In this document: one piece after another, positions 18,088 to 26,975 of the stretch | Numbering within the stretch: position 1 is the stretch's first letter | Layout of the letters: each line of letters opens with the position of its first letter | Assembly: GCA_041288045.1 (NCBI GenBank) | Contig: JBGGMM010000113.1 | Span: 1 to 30,072 of the forward strand | Origin: Pseudobdellovibrionaceae bacterium | GTDB taxonomy: Bacteria; Bdellovibrionota; Bdellovibrionia; Bdellovibrionales; Bdellovibrionaceae | Length of the DNA stretch: 30,072 bases | Reading direction: 5' to 3' | Translations under genes and position numbers: made by a program | The notes under the pieces: model-generated | What the model was told of the DNA's origin: nothing | Database searches by the model: none | What the model saw: only the letters and a program-made list of their open reading frames with translations

Positions 18088-21000
18088 CTGTGCATCCTCT
18101 CAGACGAGAGCCACACTTTCAAAACAGATCGCAGATTGGCCAATTGAATGGGCTTTGGCAGATAATCGTTCGCTCCCGCTTCAAGACATTTGGCTTTGCT
18201 TTCAGGAGCTGTCTTGGCAGTTAAAGCAATAATTGGCAGGCGACTGAACTGCTTATGAGCCCGCACTCGACGGATGGCCTCAAAGCCATCCATTTTGGGC
18301 ATCATCAAATCCATCAGAACGATTTCAATATCATCATCTTCTTCGAGCATTTGCAGGGCCTCAAAACCATTGCGGGCAATCCGCACGTTCAAGCCCCAGG
18401 CCTCCAAAGCGTGCGCAAGAGCAAAAACGTTTCTCAAATCATCATCCACCAGGAGCACGGTTTTTCCTTCGATTTCAGAGCCTTCCCAAAAGCTTTCTTC
18501 GGGGATTTGATTCTTATCGAAAGAATTGATATTGGCTTTTTGATTGAGAAACAGATGAACTTCGTCAACCAACCGCTCCGGTGAGCGAGCCCCTTTGATA
18601 ATGATACTTTCAGAAAAACGGCGAAGCGTTTCTTCTTCTTGCTCGGTGATTTCCCTTCCTGTGTAAATCACAATCGGCGGAAGCTGGACCGCTTGAGTCC
18701 TTAAACGCTCAAGAACATCAAATCCTGAGACATCGGGAAGCTCCAAATCCAAAATGATGCAGTCGTAGTTCGCGCTTTGTATCATCTGAAGGGCTTCTCC
18801 TCCATTGGTGGCAGTCGAAACCTCGAGATTGCGTCCAGAGATCAACTGAACAATGGCATCTTTTTGCCTTTCGTTATCCTCAACCACTAAAATCTTGCGA
18901 ACTTCAGGTTGCCAAATTTCTTTCAAATGATGAAAAGCCGAGCGAATCTCGGAACCCTTCAATGGTTTTTTCAATCGACCCAAAACTTCCAGACCTTCAA
19001 CGCCGAGAGCCTCTGAATCTCCGGAAATGATTTGAATCGGAATGGATTTGAGATTTTCACTCAGCTTGAGGTTTTGCATGAGCTGTTTTCCACCAAGCCC
19101 TGGAAGATCCAAATCCAGGAAAATTCCCTTTGGCTGATGTTCACGCAATAAATCCAAAGCCATCTCAGCGGACGCAACGCAGATGGGCTGATATCCACCC
19201 TCTTGAGCGATTCGCGAAATCTGACGTTGGATCTGAGGTTCATCTTCGATAATGAGAATGCTCTTCATTTCAGAAGAAAGATCTTTGAGGATCATATCCA
19301 TTTGAGGTCTTGTTTCGGCCGACTCTGCGGACACTGCCGGGCCGAGCGAAGGTTTTTTTTCTTCAGATTTGAGAATTTGCTCAGACAGTTGCATTGGAAT
19401 TTCCAAAGTGAATCGACTGCCTTGACCCACTTCGGTTTGCAAGCTGACATTCCCCCCCAAGAGCGAAGCCAATTCTTTTGAAATTGTCAGTCCCAATCCT
19501 GTTCCACCGTAGCGGCGACTGACAGAGCTGTCCGCTTGCTCGAAAGCTTCAAAGATCAAGTCCTTCTTATTTTCTTCGATTCCAATACCTGAGTCCTGAA
19601 CTGAAAAACGAATCCAGCCTTCTTTTTCTCCGGGCTCAACAATCAGTTGAACTTGTCCTTCTTGAGTGAATTTAAGGGCATTTGAAAGAAAATTTCTCAA
19701 AACCTGCTCCACCCGTTGACGATCCGTATGCATATTGGCTTCGCGAATTTCCTGAGACAGCTGAATTTCGAATTTCAGATTTTTTGATTGAAACTGCAGC
19801 TCAAAGGTTTTTTGCAAATGATCCGCCAGGGATTGAACAGTGAATTTTTCCGGTCGCAAATTGAGTTTTTGGGCATCCATTTTTGAGAGGTCCAAAATAT
19901 CATTGATCAAACTCAAAAGATCATGACCCGCACCATAAATTGACTGAGCGAATTCTTGCTGCTGGGGAGAAAGATTTTTTTCTTTGTTCTCAATGAGGAG
20001 CGAAGTCAGAATCAAGAGACTGTTGAGGGGGGTTCGCAGCTCATGTGACATTTTGGCCAGAAAATCGGATTTATACTGATTGGCCTTGGTCAAATCAAGG
20101 GCCCGCCTTTCGGCGATCCTTTTTGCCAAATCCAGCTCTTCAGTTTTATTTTTTAAGACCTGTTGCTGCTCTTCCAGCAGTCTGGCCTGCTCGGAAAGTT
20201 CGTCATTGCTTGAGCGAAGCTCTTCTTGTTGGGCCTGAAGCTCCTCGGTCTGCTGCTCAAGCTCTTCGTTGTTGGCCCTGAGCTCTTCTTGCTGGCTTTT
20301 GAGCTCTTCGCTTTGCTCTTGAGTTTTTTCCAGCAGGTTTTGCAATCGCTCTCGCCAAAGCGCCGAATTCAAGCCACTGGCAATGATCAATCTCTGTCTT
20401 TCCAAAAGCTTTGATTCTTGCTCTGACAGCTGGCTGAAAAATGCAATTTCCATCACACCGAGTTTTTGCCCTTCAAATTTCAATGGCACGAAGACCAGAA
20501 ATTTCGGGGGCGCTTTGCCAAGTGTCGAAGAGACCATCAGATAGTTTTCAGGAATATCGCTGACCTGCCAAATGTCATCTCGCCGAAAAGCTTCGCCGAT
20601 CAATCCCTCCCCCATTTTCACTTTCCGAGGCGAGGTCAAATTCGAGTGGTCTTCAGCGAAGCTGCTCAAATGGAGAAGCTGAGAATCTTCATGCAGATAA
20701 AGATTGGCGGCGGTCAGCGGAAGGTCAGTCGAAAGTTTTTGCAGGATATGTTGTGAAATTTCTTTTAATGGAAGAGGTTTTGCTAATTCTTGAGCCAGTT
20801 CGGCCACAAGCTTTTGAATTTCGGCTTCTTCTGCCTGCAGTGCCGAGACAGCCTGAGCCCGCCGCTGATTCCTCCAAATCTGAGTCAAAGACCAAGTGAT
20901 AATCAGAATACTGGCGAAAGTTGTGAGGATCAGGGCGATATGAAAATTTCTCTGAGAATTGAAAGCTCTTTCATCGCGAAGGAGCAGCAGCCGTTCTTCT

Positions 21001-21509
21001 TCGGCTTTCAAATTGCTCAATTGATGGCGAAGGTTCTCCATGAGAGCCTGCCCGGTTCGAAATATCGGATGGCCTTCAAATTTTTCGCCTGGATTTGAAG
21101 ACAAAATCAGTTGATGAATTTTTTCAAGTGCCTGCATGCGGGACCGCAGAGCCAGCTCGACCGAGGCCAGCACAGTTTCTTGATTTCCATTGTCTTGGAC
21201 GAGATTCCGAACTTTATATAAATGCTCCCAAGCTTCGACTTGTCCCCGCTGAAACTCCTCGAAAGATGTGGTTTCTCGATTCAAAACAAAGCCGCGGATT
21301 CCAGCTTCGGACTCTTTCACAGAGGAGTAAATTAAATCGATTTCATGAATGACCTGATCGGAATGGCGAATCCAATCTTGATGGGCCCGAACAGTATTAA
21401 AGTTATACCAGAGAAATCCAGCATTGGATAACAAAAGAGCACTTGCTAAAAGCGCATAAGGACTGACACTTAAAAATTTCATTGAGCCACGAATTCGCAT
21501 AAACCTCAT
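18084..21509 (-). CDS. Membrane hybrid sensor kinase: CHASE3-like, GAF, coiled coil, HisKA-HATPase, three REC domains
   Basis: Two TM helices around WIRHSDQVI..ESEAGIRGFVL..EEERLL (CHASE3-like); GEGLIGEA..VPL..GVMEIA (GAF); MSHELRTPLNS; three receivers with Asp (FLDLDLP, ILDLELP, LMDLMMP). Start may be 21500 or 21482. Confidence 0.93.
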   Translation of the reverse strand: MRFMRIRGSMKFLSVSPYALLASALLLSNAGFLWYNFNTVRAHQDWIRHSDQVIHEIDLIYSSVKESEAGIRGFVLNRETTSFEEFQRGQVEAWEHLYKVRNLVQDNGNQETVLASVELALRSRMQALEKIHQLILSSNPGEKFEGHPIFRTGQALMENLRHQLSNLKAEEERLLLLRDERAFNSQRNFHIALILTTFASILIITWSLTQIWRNQRRAQAVSALQAEEAEIQKLVAELAQELAKPLPLKEISQHILQKLSTDLPLTAANLYLHEDSQLLHLSSFAEDHSNLTSPRKVKMGEGLIGEAFRRDDIWQVSDIPENYLMVSSTLGKAPPKFLVFVPLKFEGQKLGVMEIAFFSQLSEQESKLLERQRLIIASGLNSALWRERLQNLLEKTQEQSEELKSQQEELRANNEELEQQTEELQAQQEELRSSNDELSEQARLLEEQQQVLKNKTEELDLAKRIAERRALDLTKANQYKSDFLAKMSHELRTPLNSLLILTSLLIENKEKNLSPQQQEFAQSIYGAGHDLLSLINDILDLSKMDAQKLNLRPEKFTVQSLADHLQKTFELQFQSKNLKFEIQLSQEIREANMHTDRQRVEQVLRNFLSNALKFTQEGQVQLIVEPGEKEGWIRFSVQDSGIGIEENKKDLIFEAFEQADSSVSRRYGGTGLGLTISKELASLLGGNVSLQTEVGQGSRFTLEIPMQLSEQILKSEEKKPSLGPAVSAESAETRPQMDMILKDLSSEMKSILIIEDEPQIQRQISRIAQEGGYQPICVASAEMALDLLREHQPKGIFLDLDLPGLGGKQLMQNLKLSENLKSIPIQIISGDSEALGVEGLEVLGRLKKPLKGSEIRSAFHHLKEIWQPEVRKILVVEDNERQKDAIVQLISGRNLEVSTATNGGEALQMIQSANYDCIILDLELPDVSGFDVLERLRTQAVQLPPIVIYTGREITEQEEETLRRFSESIIIKGARSPERLVDEVHLFLNQKANINSFDKNQIPEESFWEGSEIEGKTVLLVDDDLRNVFALAHALEAWGLNVRIARNGFEALQMLEEDDDIEIVLMDLMMPKMDGFEAIRRVRAHKQFSRLPIIALTAKTAPESKAKCLEAGANDYLPKPIQLANLRSVLKVWLSSERMHR

Positions 21510-21511
21510 GA

Positions 21512-21997
21512 CTAAGAAAGTTCAAGGATTTCATTCAACTCACTTTCAATTCCACGAACAGTCCGCTCCAATTTGGGATCCTTCACAACCGATGAAGCAA
21601 TTCTGAAAAAATGGCTTTCCAATCCTTGAAGCGTAAAATCCTCTTCTTGATCGCGCAAAACAATCACTGGGATTTTTCCGATTTCAATCAGTGAATTTTC
21701 CAGAAGTGGCTCCATATAATTTTCAGCTTCCGTGAGAGCCTGATAGGGATTGAGCTTACTGTCCAAGACAAGCACATCAAAAGAATCATGGGTCATCCGA
21801 CTGAGGGCTTGATAGGGATTTTTCACCACTTCGACTTCGACATCCAGGTGGTGTCGAATGAGCGAAGCCAGCAGCTGTGAAAAATCCCAGTCTTCTTCAA
21901 TCAAGAGAATGCGTTTTTTGCCGAGGTGGAAAAACTCATCCTCTTGAAAATGCGGATGAACTCCATTCATGGTAAATTCTGTGGCCATGAATTCCAA
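21512..21997 (-). CDS. Single-domain atypical response regulator receiver
   Basis: ILLIEED..FDVLVLD..IPVIVL fits a receiver fold, but the conserved Thr/Ser and the KP motif are degenerate. AAGGAG upstream. Confidence 0.7.
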   Translation of the reverse strand: MEFMATEFTMNGVHPHFQEDEFFHLGKKRILLIEEDWDFSQLLASLIRHHLDVEVEVVKNPYQALSRMTHDSFDVLVLDSKLNPYQALTEAENYMEPLLENSLIEIGKIPVIVLRDQEEDFTLQGLESHFFRIASSVVKDPKLERTVRGIESELNEILELS

Positions 21998-22043
21998 ATT
22001 TCATCTCCTTCTTTTCATTTTCTTTTTTCATTTTGACTTCAAA

Positions 22044-22226
22044 TCAAGGCAGACTGCGCGGAGTCTTTCCACCGAGAACGCCGGCCAAAAATGAAATGAC
22101 GGCTAAAGCGAGAAAGGCAATGAGCAAAGTCCGCCCAATGTCCATTGACACTCCAGCAAATCCGGTGGCTCCGAAGATGATGGCAATCAAACCCAAAACG
22201 AAAAACACAATGGCTGCGCGTAGCAT
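22044..22226 (-). CDS. DUF1328/UPF0391 (YtjA-like) small membrane protein
   Basis: MLRAAIVFFVLGLIAIIFGATGFAGVSMDIGRTLLIAFLALAVISFLAG is a typical DUF1328 pattern; 60 aa. Confidence 0.88.
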   Translation of the reverse strand: MLRAAIVFFVLGLIAIIFGATGFAGVSMDIGRTLLIAFLALAVISFLAGVLGGKTPRSLP

Positions 22227-22274
22227 GACGAACCCCTTTCGTGAGAGTTGAGTTCTTGACTTAATCTGCACTCT

Positions 22275-22290
22275 CGCAATTCTTGGGCCA
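22275..22290 (-). promoter_or_regulatory. Sigma54 (-24/-12) promoter heading the DUF1328-REC-kinase-cheR-cheB-kinase run
   Basis: Minus strand TGGCCCAAGAATTGCG (GG-N10-GC), 48 nt upstream of ATG 22226. Confidence 0.75.
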
Positions 22291-22406
22291 GTCTTCAGAT
22301 GCGTAAAAATTCACCATGGCACGTGGCAAAAATGGGAACGGGGCAATAATCATTTTGCTTGGGGAAAATCTCCACTTCCCGTATAACTAGTTCCCAGAGG
22401 TGAAGC

Positions 22407-23798
22407 ATGTCGAAAATTTTGGTGATTGAAGATGATCTCGATGTTCAAGAAATGATTCTCGCTTTCTTCCGCCAGAAGGGTTTCGAAGGTGTTGGCTACG
22501 ACAATCCAGAAACCGCTCTCAAAGATTTCGCTAAAGAGAAATTAAAAGTCGATGTGATCATCACGGATCTCAAGCTTCCCTCGATGTCTGGGATTGACTT
22601 CATTCGCAAATTTAAAGACGGCGGTGTCGACATTCCAATCATTGTTGCGACTTCGAACCGCTCTGTTGAAACTGCCATAGAAGCGATTCAAGTTGGCGCT
22701 TTTGATTTTGTCGTCAAGCCTCTTCACTTTCCCCAGCTTTTGGTTTCAGTTGAAAGAGCGCTGCACTTTTCCAAACTCAAAAATGAAAATCAGACACTGA
22801 AAGCGGCAATTCACACCAAAGAAGGGACCAACCTTCAATCCATCATTGGCAAAAGTCCGAATTTTCTCAAAGCTCTGGACCTCGCAAAGCGTGTGGCCAG
22901 CAGCCATTCCAATGTTTTTATCTGTGGTGAAAGCGGAACTGGAAAAGAAGTGATCGCCAGAACGATTCACAATATCAGCTCACGGGCAAAGATGCCGTTT
23001 CTGGCAATCAACTGCTCGGCTATTCCTGAAAACTTGCTGGAATCCGAACTGTTTGGTTATGCCAAAGGAGCTTTTACTGGGGCCGCCGAAAAGAAAATCG
23101 GTCTGTTTGAAGAAGCCGAGGGTGGCACTTTGTTCCTGGATGAAATCGGCGACATGAATGTGCAGCTCCAGGCGAAGCTTTTGCGGGTTTTGCAAGAGCG
23201 TAAGATCAAGCGAATTGGCGAAAATCAGCTCCGCGATATCGACGTTCGAATCATTTCAGCAACCCATAAAGATCTCAAAAAAGAAATGCAGGAGCATCGA
23301 TTTCGCGAAGATCTTTTCTTTCGATTGAATGTCATTCCAATTTATATTCCACCATTGCGCGAACGGATCGAGGATGTGATTCCTCTGGCAGAATTCTTTT
23401 TAAAGAAATATTCGGCGCTGAATCACGTTCCAATGAAGGGATTTGCCAAACCTGCACTTGAAAAACTTTTGCGCAATTCATGGAAGGGCAATGTTCGTGA
23501 ATTGGAGAACACGATCGAAAGAGCGGTTGTGCTTTCGCAGGGACGGATGATCGAATCAGATGATCTTTTGGATTTCTTCGAAAGCGCCCCCAGCAGCATC
23601 AATTCCGATCAGTTGTTTGACGTGAAATCCCTGAGTGGCGAAGACGTCATGCCAGCGGATCGAATGATGAAGCTTTATATCAAACATGTTCTGGAAAAAA
23701 ACAGCTGGGCCAAAGAAAAAACCGCCAAGGATTTAGAAATCGACCGCAAGACTCTTTATCGAAAACTTCAAGAGATGAGAGCCGAGAACATGATCTAG
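22407..23798 (+). CDS. NtrC/AtoC-family sigma54-dependent response regulator (REC-AAA+-Fis HTH)
   Basis: ITDLKLP receiver; GESGTGKE; ESELFGYAKGAFTGA; LFLDEIG; FREDLFFRLNV; WKGNVRELEN; TAKDLEIDRKTLYRKL. Confidence 0.95.
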   Translation: MSKILVIEDDLDVQEMILAFFRQKGFEGVGYDNPETALKDFAKEKLKVDVIITDLKLPSMSGIDFIRKFKDGGVDIPIIVATSNRSVETAIEAIQVGAFDFVVKPLHFPQLLVSVERALHFSKLKNENQTLKAAIHTKEGTNLQSIIGKSPNFLKALDLAKRVASSHSNVFICGESGTGKEVIARTIHNISSRAKMPFLAINCSAIPENLLESELFGYAKGAFTGAAEKKIGLFEEAEGGTLFLDEIGDMNVQLQAKLLRVLQERKIKRIGENQLRDIDVRIISATHKDLKKEMQEHRFREDLFFRLNVIPIYIPPLRERIEDVIPLAEFFLKKYSALNHVPMKGFAKPALEKLLRNSWKGNVRELENTIERAVVLSQGRMIESDDLLDFFESAPSSINSDQLFDVKSLSGEDVMPADRMMKLYIKHVLEKNSWAKEKTAKDLEIDRKTLYRKLQEMRAENMI

Positions 23799-23830
23799 GT
23801 CATGTTCGCTCTGAATTGAAAGGAAAAAAG

Positions 23831-24151
23831 ATGGATCTTGATTTCATCGATCACGAGGCCAAAGAAAGATACACTTCCCGTCGCCAGATGGATCTGCTTC
23901 GCTGCCGTGAGTGCATGAAGCGAAATGACCTTTCCGAAATTGAAACGATCGGCCACAATTTGAAAGGCAATGGCATTTCCTTTGGCTTTCCAGAACTCTC
24001 TCGACTGGGTGAAGAAATGGAAAATTCGGCTAAAAATTCCGATCATTCCCAAGTGCAAAAATTAATCGATCGATTTGAAGAGTGGCTTTCTGAGCATTTA
24101 AATACTCAGAAAGCCCCTCAGGTCAGACCAAACGATCTTTCGCTGAATTGA
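23831..24151 (+). CDS. Hpt (histidine phosphotransfer) domain protein
   Basis: IGHNLKGNGISFGFPELSRLGEEME matches HxLKGxxxxxG; 106 aa, helical. Confidence 0.85.
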   Translation: MDLDFIDHEAKERYTSRRQMDLLRCRECMKRNDLSEIETIGHNLKGNGISFGFPELSRLGEEMENSAKNSDHSQVQKLIDRFEEWLSEHLNTQKAPQVRPNDLSLN

Positions 24152-24386
24152 CATCCGTGCGAGAATCTTCTGGATTTTTGTTCAACTGATTCTGCATCTG
24201 GACATCGGGATTGCGCCAGTTTGGATCGGCTTCGTCATAGCGTCTGGGTTCATCGGCTTTGCGATCCTCATTATTGGCCAGATCGTCTGATTTTCCTGGC
24301 TGTCCCTGGTTGGGAGTGACAGGCTTTGGATTTTGATTCTGCTGATTTTGATTGGGCTTTTGCCCGGGTTGTTGTTCTTGGGGCAT
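24123..24386 (-). CDS. Small hydrophilic Q/N/P/D-rich disordered protein
   Basis: AAGGAGG before ATG 24386, 13 nt after the upstream stop; almost no hydrophobic core. Confidence 0.7.
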   Translation of the reverse strand: MPQEQQPGQKPNQNQQNQNPKPVTPNQGQPGKSDDLANNEDRKADEPRRYDEADPNWRNPDVQMQNQLNKNPEDSRTDVNSAKDRLV

Positions 24387-24399
24387 TGGAACCTCCTTG

Positions 24400-24966
24400 T
24401 TATTTCAGTTTAATGAAAACCATTGCTGAAGAGTTTCGTGATGAATCGTCCACTGCCGCCAAACGATTTTTGACAGTGGAGTCTTGTGTATTTAAAAAAT
24501 TGGCAAAGGCATTCGGTTTTTCAGCCATATTGTGAACATTAACATCCGCATTTGGCTCCATGCGATCAATGTATTTTTCAATATTCTCACCGCGCTCTTC
24601 CGCCAGTTCAATTTGCTCTGTCGAAAGTTTTGCGCCTTCGGCTTTCGGCAAAGCTTGATCCGACCAGACGGCCACGTCAACGGCTGCAACCTCTCCCTGT
24701 TTTTTAGCCGCCATCAGAGCTTTGTTGATTTCAGCTGTTGCTTCAGGGCTGAGTCCCTTTCTTCCGGGTTCAAATGCAATAGTGGAAACAATGTTGCGAT
24801 CCAAAGCCATCGCGGCCTGCTCGCTGGAAGATGGAGCGATTGCTCCAGGCGCTTGGACTTGAGCTTGATCCTTGGGAATCACTTCCGTTTTATTGCCACT
24901 GGTGGAACAGGCAGAAAGAAAACAAGCGAATAGAAAATAGATCAGTTGAAATTTCATCTTAAACAT
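24400..24966 (-). CDS. Lipoprotein with a divergent OmpA-C-like domain
   Basis: AAGGAGG upstream; lipobox LSA-C; IAFEPGRKGLS..VAVWSD..IELAEERGENIEKYI parallels OmpA-C (FxxxsxxL, GHTD, LSxxRA). Confidence 0.7.
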   Translation of the reverse strand: MFKMKFQLIYFLFACFLSACSTSGNKTEVIPKDQAQVQAPGAIAPSSSEQAAMALDRNIVSTIAFEPGRKGLSPEATAEINKALMAAKKQGEVAAVDVAVWSDQALPKAEGAKLSTEQIELAEERGENIEKYIDRMEPNADVNVHNMAEKPNAFANFLNTQDSTVKNRLAAVDDSSRNSSAMVFIKLK

Positions 24967-24996
24967 ACCAAGGCCTCCTTCATTCCATTTTTAAAT

Positions 24997-25012
24997 GGCA
25001 AAGAGAGTGCCA
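24997..25012 (-). promoter_or_regulatory. Sigma54 (-24/-12) promoter
   Basis: Minus strand TGGCACTCTCTTTGCC is a full TGGCAC-N5-TTGC consensus, 30 nt upstream of ATG 24966. Confidence 0.85.
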
Positions 25013-25148
25013 TCCTGAAGTCAAATCCATCCAACCCTCAGCACTTCGCAAGCGGGGTAAATTGCCCGTTGCGCCTCAACAAGCAAGATGGACATTTCAA
25101 AACCTTTGCGCTAGTTCTGAGGACCTTCCAAGAACTGAGGTCGAATCC

Positions 25149-26210
25149 ATGCTGAGAATTCCAGTCCAGAAATGCGTTCAAGGAAAAACCAAACCCAATT
25201 CCCAAAGCTTGGGTTTTGGCCAGTATTTTACCGATCACCTTTTTCAAGTGAAATACTCCAGCCAAAATGGATGGCATGAGCCTCAAGTGATTCCCTATGG
25301 GAACTTTCAAATTGATCCTGGAGCTTCTGTTCTCCATTACGGACAAGCTCTGTTTGAGGGAATGAAAGCTTTTCGCTTGAAAGATGGGGGCATTGGTCTT
25401 TTCAGGCCAGATTACAATTGCCGGCGTTTGCAAGCGGGAGCCAACCGCCTTTGCATGCAAGCTCCACCAGCCGAATTGATGATGGCAGGGATCAAAGAAC
25501 TGATCAAAGTCGATGCGGATTGGATCCCAAAAGATCGTGGCTGCTCGCTTTACATTCGACCCACGCTGATTGGCACCGAGGCTTTTTTAGGTGTTCGCCC
25601 TTCGAATGAATATTTGTTTTATGTGATCCTGTCGCCAGTCAGCTCTTACTACAAAGAAGGTCTCAATCCGATTTCGATCTGGGTTGAGGAAAAATATGTT
25701 CGGGCCGCTCCAGGCGGCTTAGGCGCAACCAAAGCCGGCGCTAACTATGCAGCTAGTCTGCTGGCCGCCCTTGAGGCGAAGAGCCATGGTTATGCTCAAG
25801 TGCTCTGGCTCGATGTTCATCATCAGTACATCGAAGAAGTCGGCACGATGAATGTTTTCTTTGTGATTGATGATGAAGTCATCACCCCTTCTTTGGATGG
25901 AACGATTTTAGCTGGTGGAGTCCGCGATTCTGCCATTCAACTGATGAGATCATGGGGACTGAAAGTCAGCGAACGAAAGCTAGCCATGCAAGAAGTTCTC
26001 TCCGCGCTGCAATCCGGTCGACTGAAAGAAGCCTTCGGAACAGGCACGGCCGCAGTGGTGTCACCCATGGGTGAGCTCTATTATCAAGGAAAGCAGTGGG
26101 TTCTCAACGAAAAGAAAATCGGACCTTTGGCTCAAAAGCTGTATCAGGAAATCACGGCGATTCAGTACGGGGAAGCGACTGATTCTTGGGGATGGATTGA
26201 ACGACTTTAA
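25149..26210 (+). CDS. ilvE: Branched-chain amino acid aminotransferase
   Basis: LHYGQALFEGMKA, LFRPD.N, LYIRP, PLP Lys in TKAGANYAAS, EEVGTMNVF, ILAGGVR, EAFGTGTAAVVSP; GAGGT before ATG 25149. Confidence 0.95.
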   Translation: MLRIPVQKCVQGKTKPNSQSLGFGQYFTDHLFQVKYSSQNGWHEPQVIPYGNFQIDPGASVLHYGQALFEGMKAFRLKDGGIGLFRPDYNCRRLQAGANRLCMQAPPAELMMAGIKELIKVDADWIPKDRGCSLYIRPTLIGTEAFLGVRPSNEYLFYVILSPVSSYYKEGLNPISIWVEEKYVRAAPGGLGATKAGANYAASLLAALEAKSHGYAQVLWLDVHHQYIEEVGTMNVFFVIDDEVITPSLDGTILAGGVRDSAIQLMRSWGLKVSERKLAMQEVLSALQSGRLKEAFGTGTAAVVSPMGELYYQGKQWVLNEKKIGPLAQKLYQEITAIQYGEATDSWGWIERL

Positions 26211-26929
26211 AAGTCTTCATAGACCATCCGTCTTTGCAGATCCATGGTCAGACCCAAAAGTCGGTTTTTAAGCCCTGGCGTGAAATCCACAAATTCAATC
26301 CCAAAATGCTCAACGATCACTCCGCGATGGACGGCCTGCTGGGAGTGTTTCACTTCGCAAATCACATCCACTGTTTTTCGATTGCCGAAATTGAGAACCG
26401 CCTTAAAGCGGCTTCCCATTTGAATCCCCGGATTGCTCGTATTTCCAAGAGCTGGGATTGGTGACTCGACAGTGGAAAAGAAAATGCGAGCGCCTCCGGC
26501 TGAGACGTCGGCAATTTGTGCCACTGAATAAACGGACTTTCCATTCAGTTCGGTGATCGCCATGTAAAGCCCAAAAGAAGCTTGGACATGCAAGCGGACC
26601 GTGGCCCTTCTTTGCAGCTTAAAGACATCACAGGTTGTTTCAAACACTCCTTCTTCGCCACTGATGTTCATCGCCGCTTGGAAAAAGAAACGATCAGCTC
26701 CGATTGAAAAGTTGCCGAGAACATTGGTGTCAGATTTGGGAGCTTGATCGATGGCGCGAATCCAGCCTTGAATGTGTTGGTCTTTGACAATGGCAGAGGG
26801 GCGAAAATAAAAAAGAGAGTCGTCCTCCCCTTTGCAGACCATTTCTCCTTTTTCAAGAAGAAGATCTTCGAATAATTTCTTTCTCTCGACCAAGGACCTG
26901 ACTTTTTCAAAAGGGGTTTTTGCCGTCAT
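26207..26929 (-). CDS. PilZ-domain protein (YcgR-like two-domain layout)
   Basis: QRRATVR (RxxxR) and DVSAGG (D/NxSxxG) c-di-GMP motifs, FGIEF terminal strand. Start reassigned to ATG 26929. Confidence 0.85.
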   Translation of the reverse strand: MTAKTPFEKVRSLVERKKLFEDLLLEKGEMVCKGEDDSLFYFRPSAIVKDQHIQGWIRAIDQAPKSDTNVLGNFSIGADRFFFQAAMNISGEEGVFETTCDVFKLQRRATVRLHVQASFGLYMAITELNGKSVYSVAQIADVSAGGARIFFSTVESPIPALGNTSNPGIQMGSRFKAVLNFGNRKTVDVICEVKHSQQAVHRGVIVEHFGIEFVDFTPGLKNRLLGLTMDLQRRMVYEDF

Positions 26930-26975
26930 AGTTGAATTGTTTAGCGAGCCTCTAAAAAAGGCAAGTTGATTGTCG

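Noticed and set aside
24996..25011. Plus-strand TGGCAAAGAGAGTGCC as a sigma54 promoter for ilvE
   Set aside because: It has GG-N10-GC, but it is the mirror of the better minus-strand site, lacks TTGC and is ~140 nt from ilvE; probably a by-product of the palindrome.
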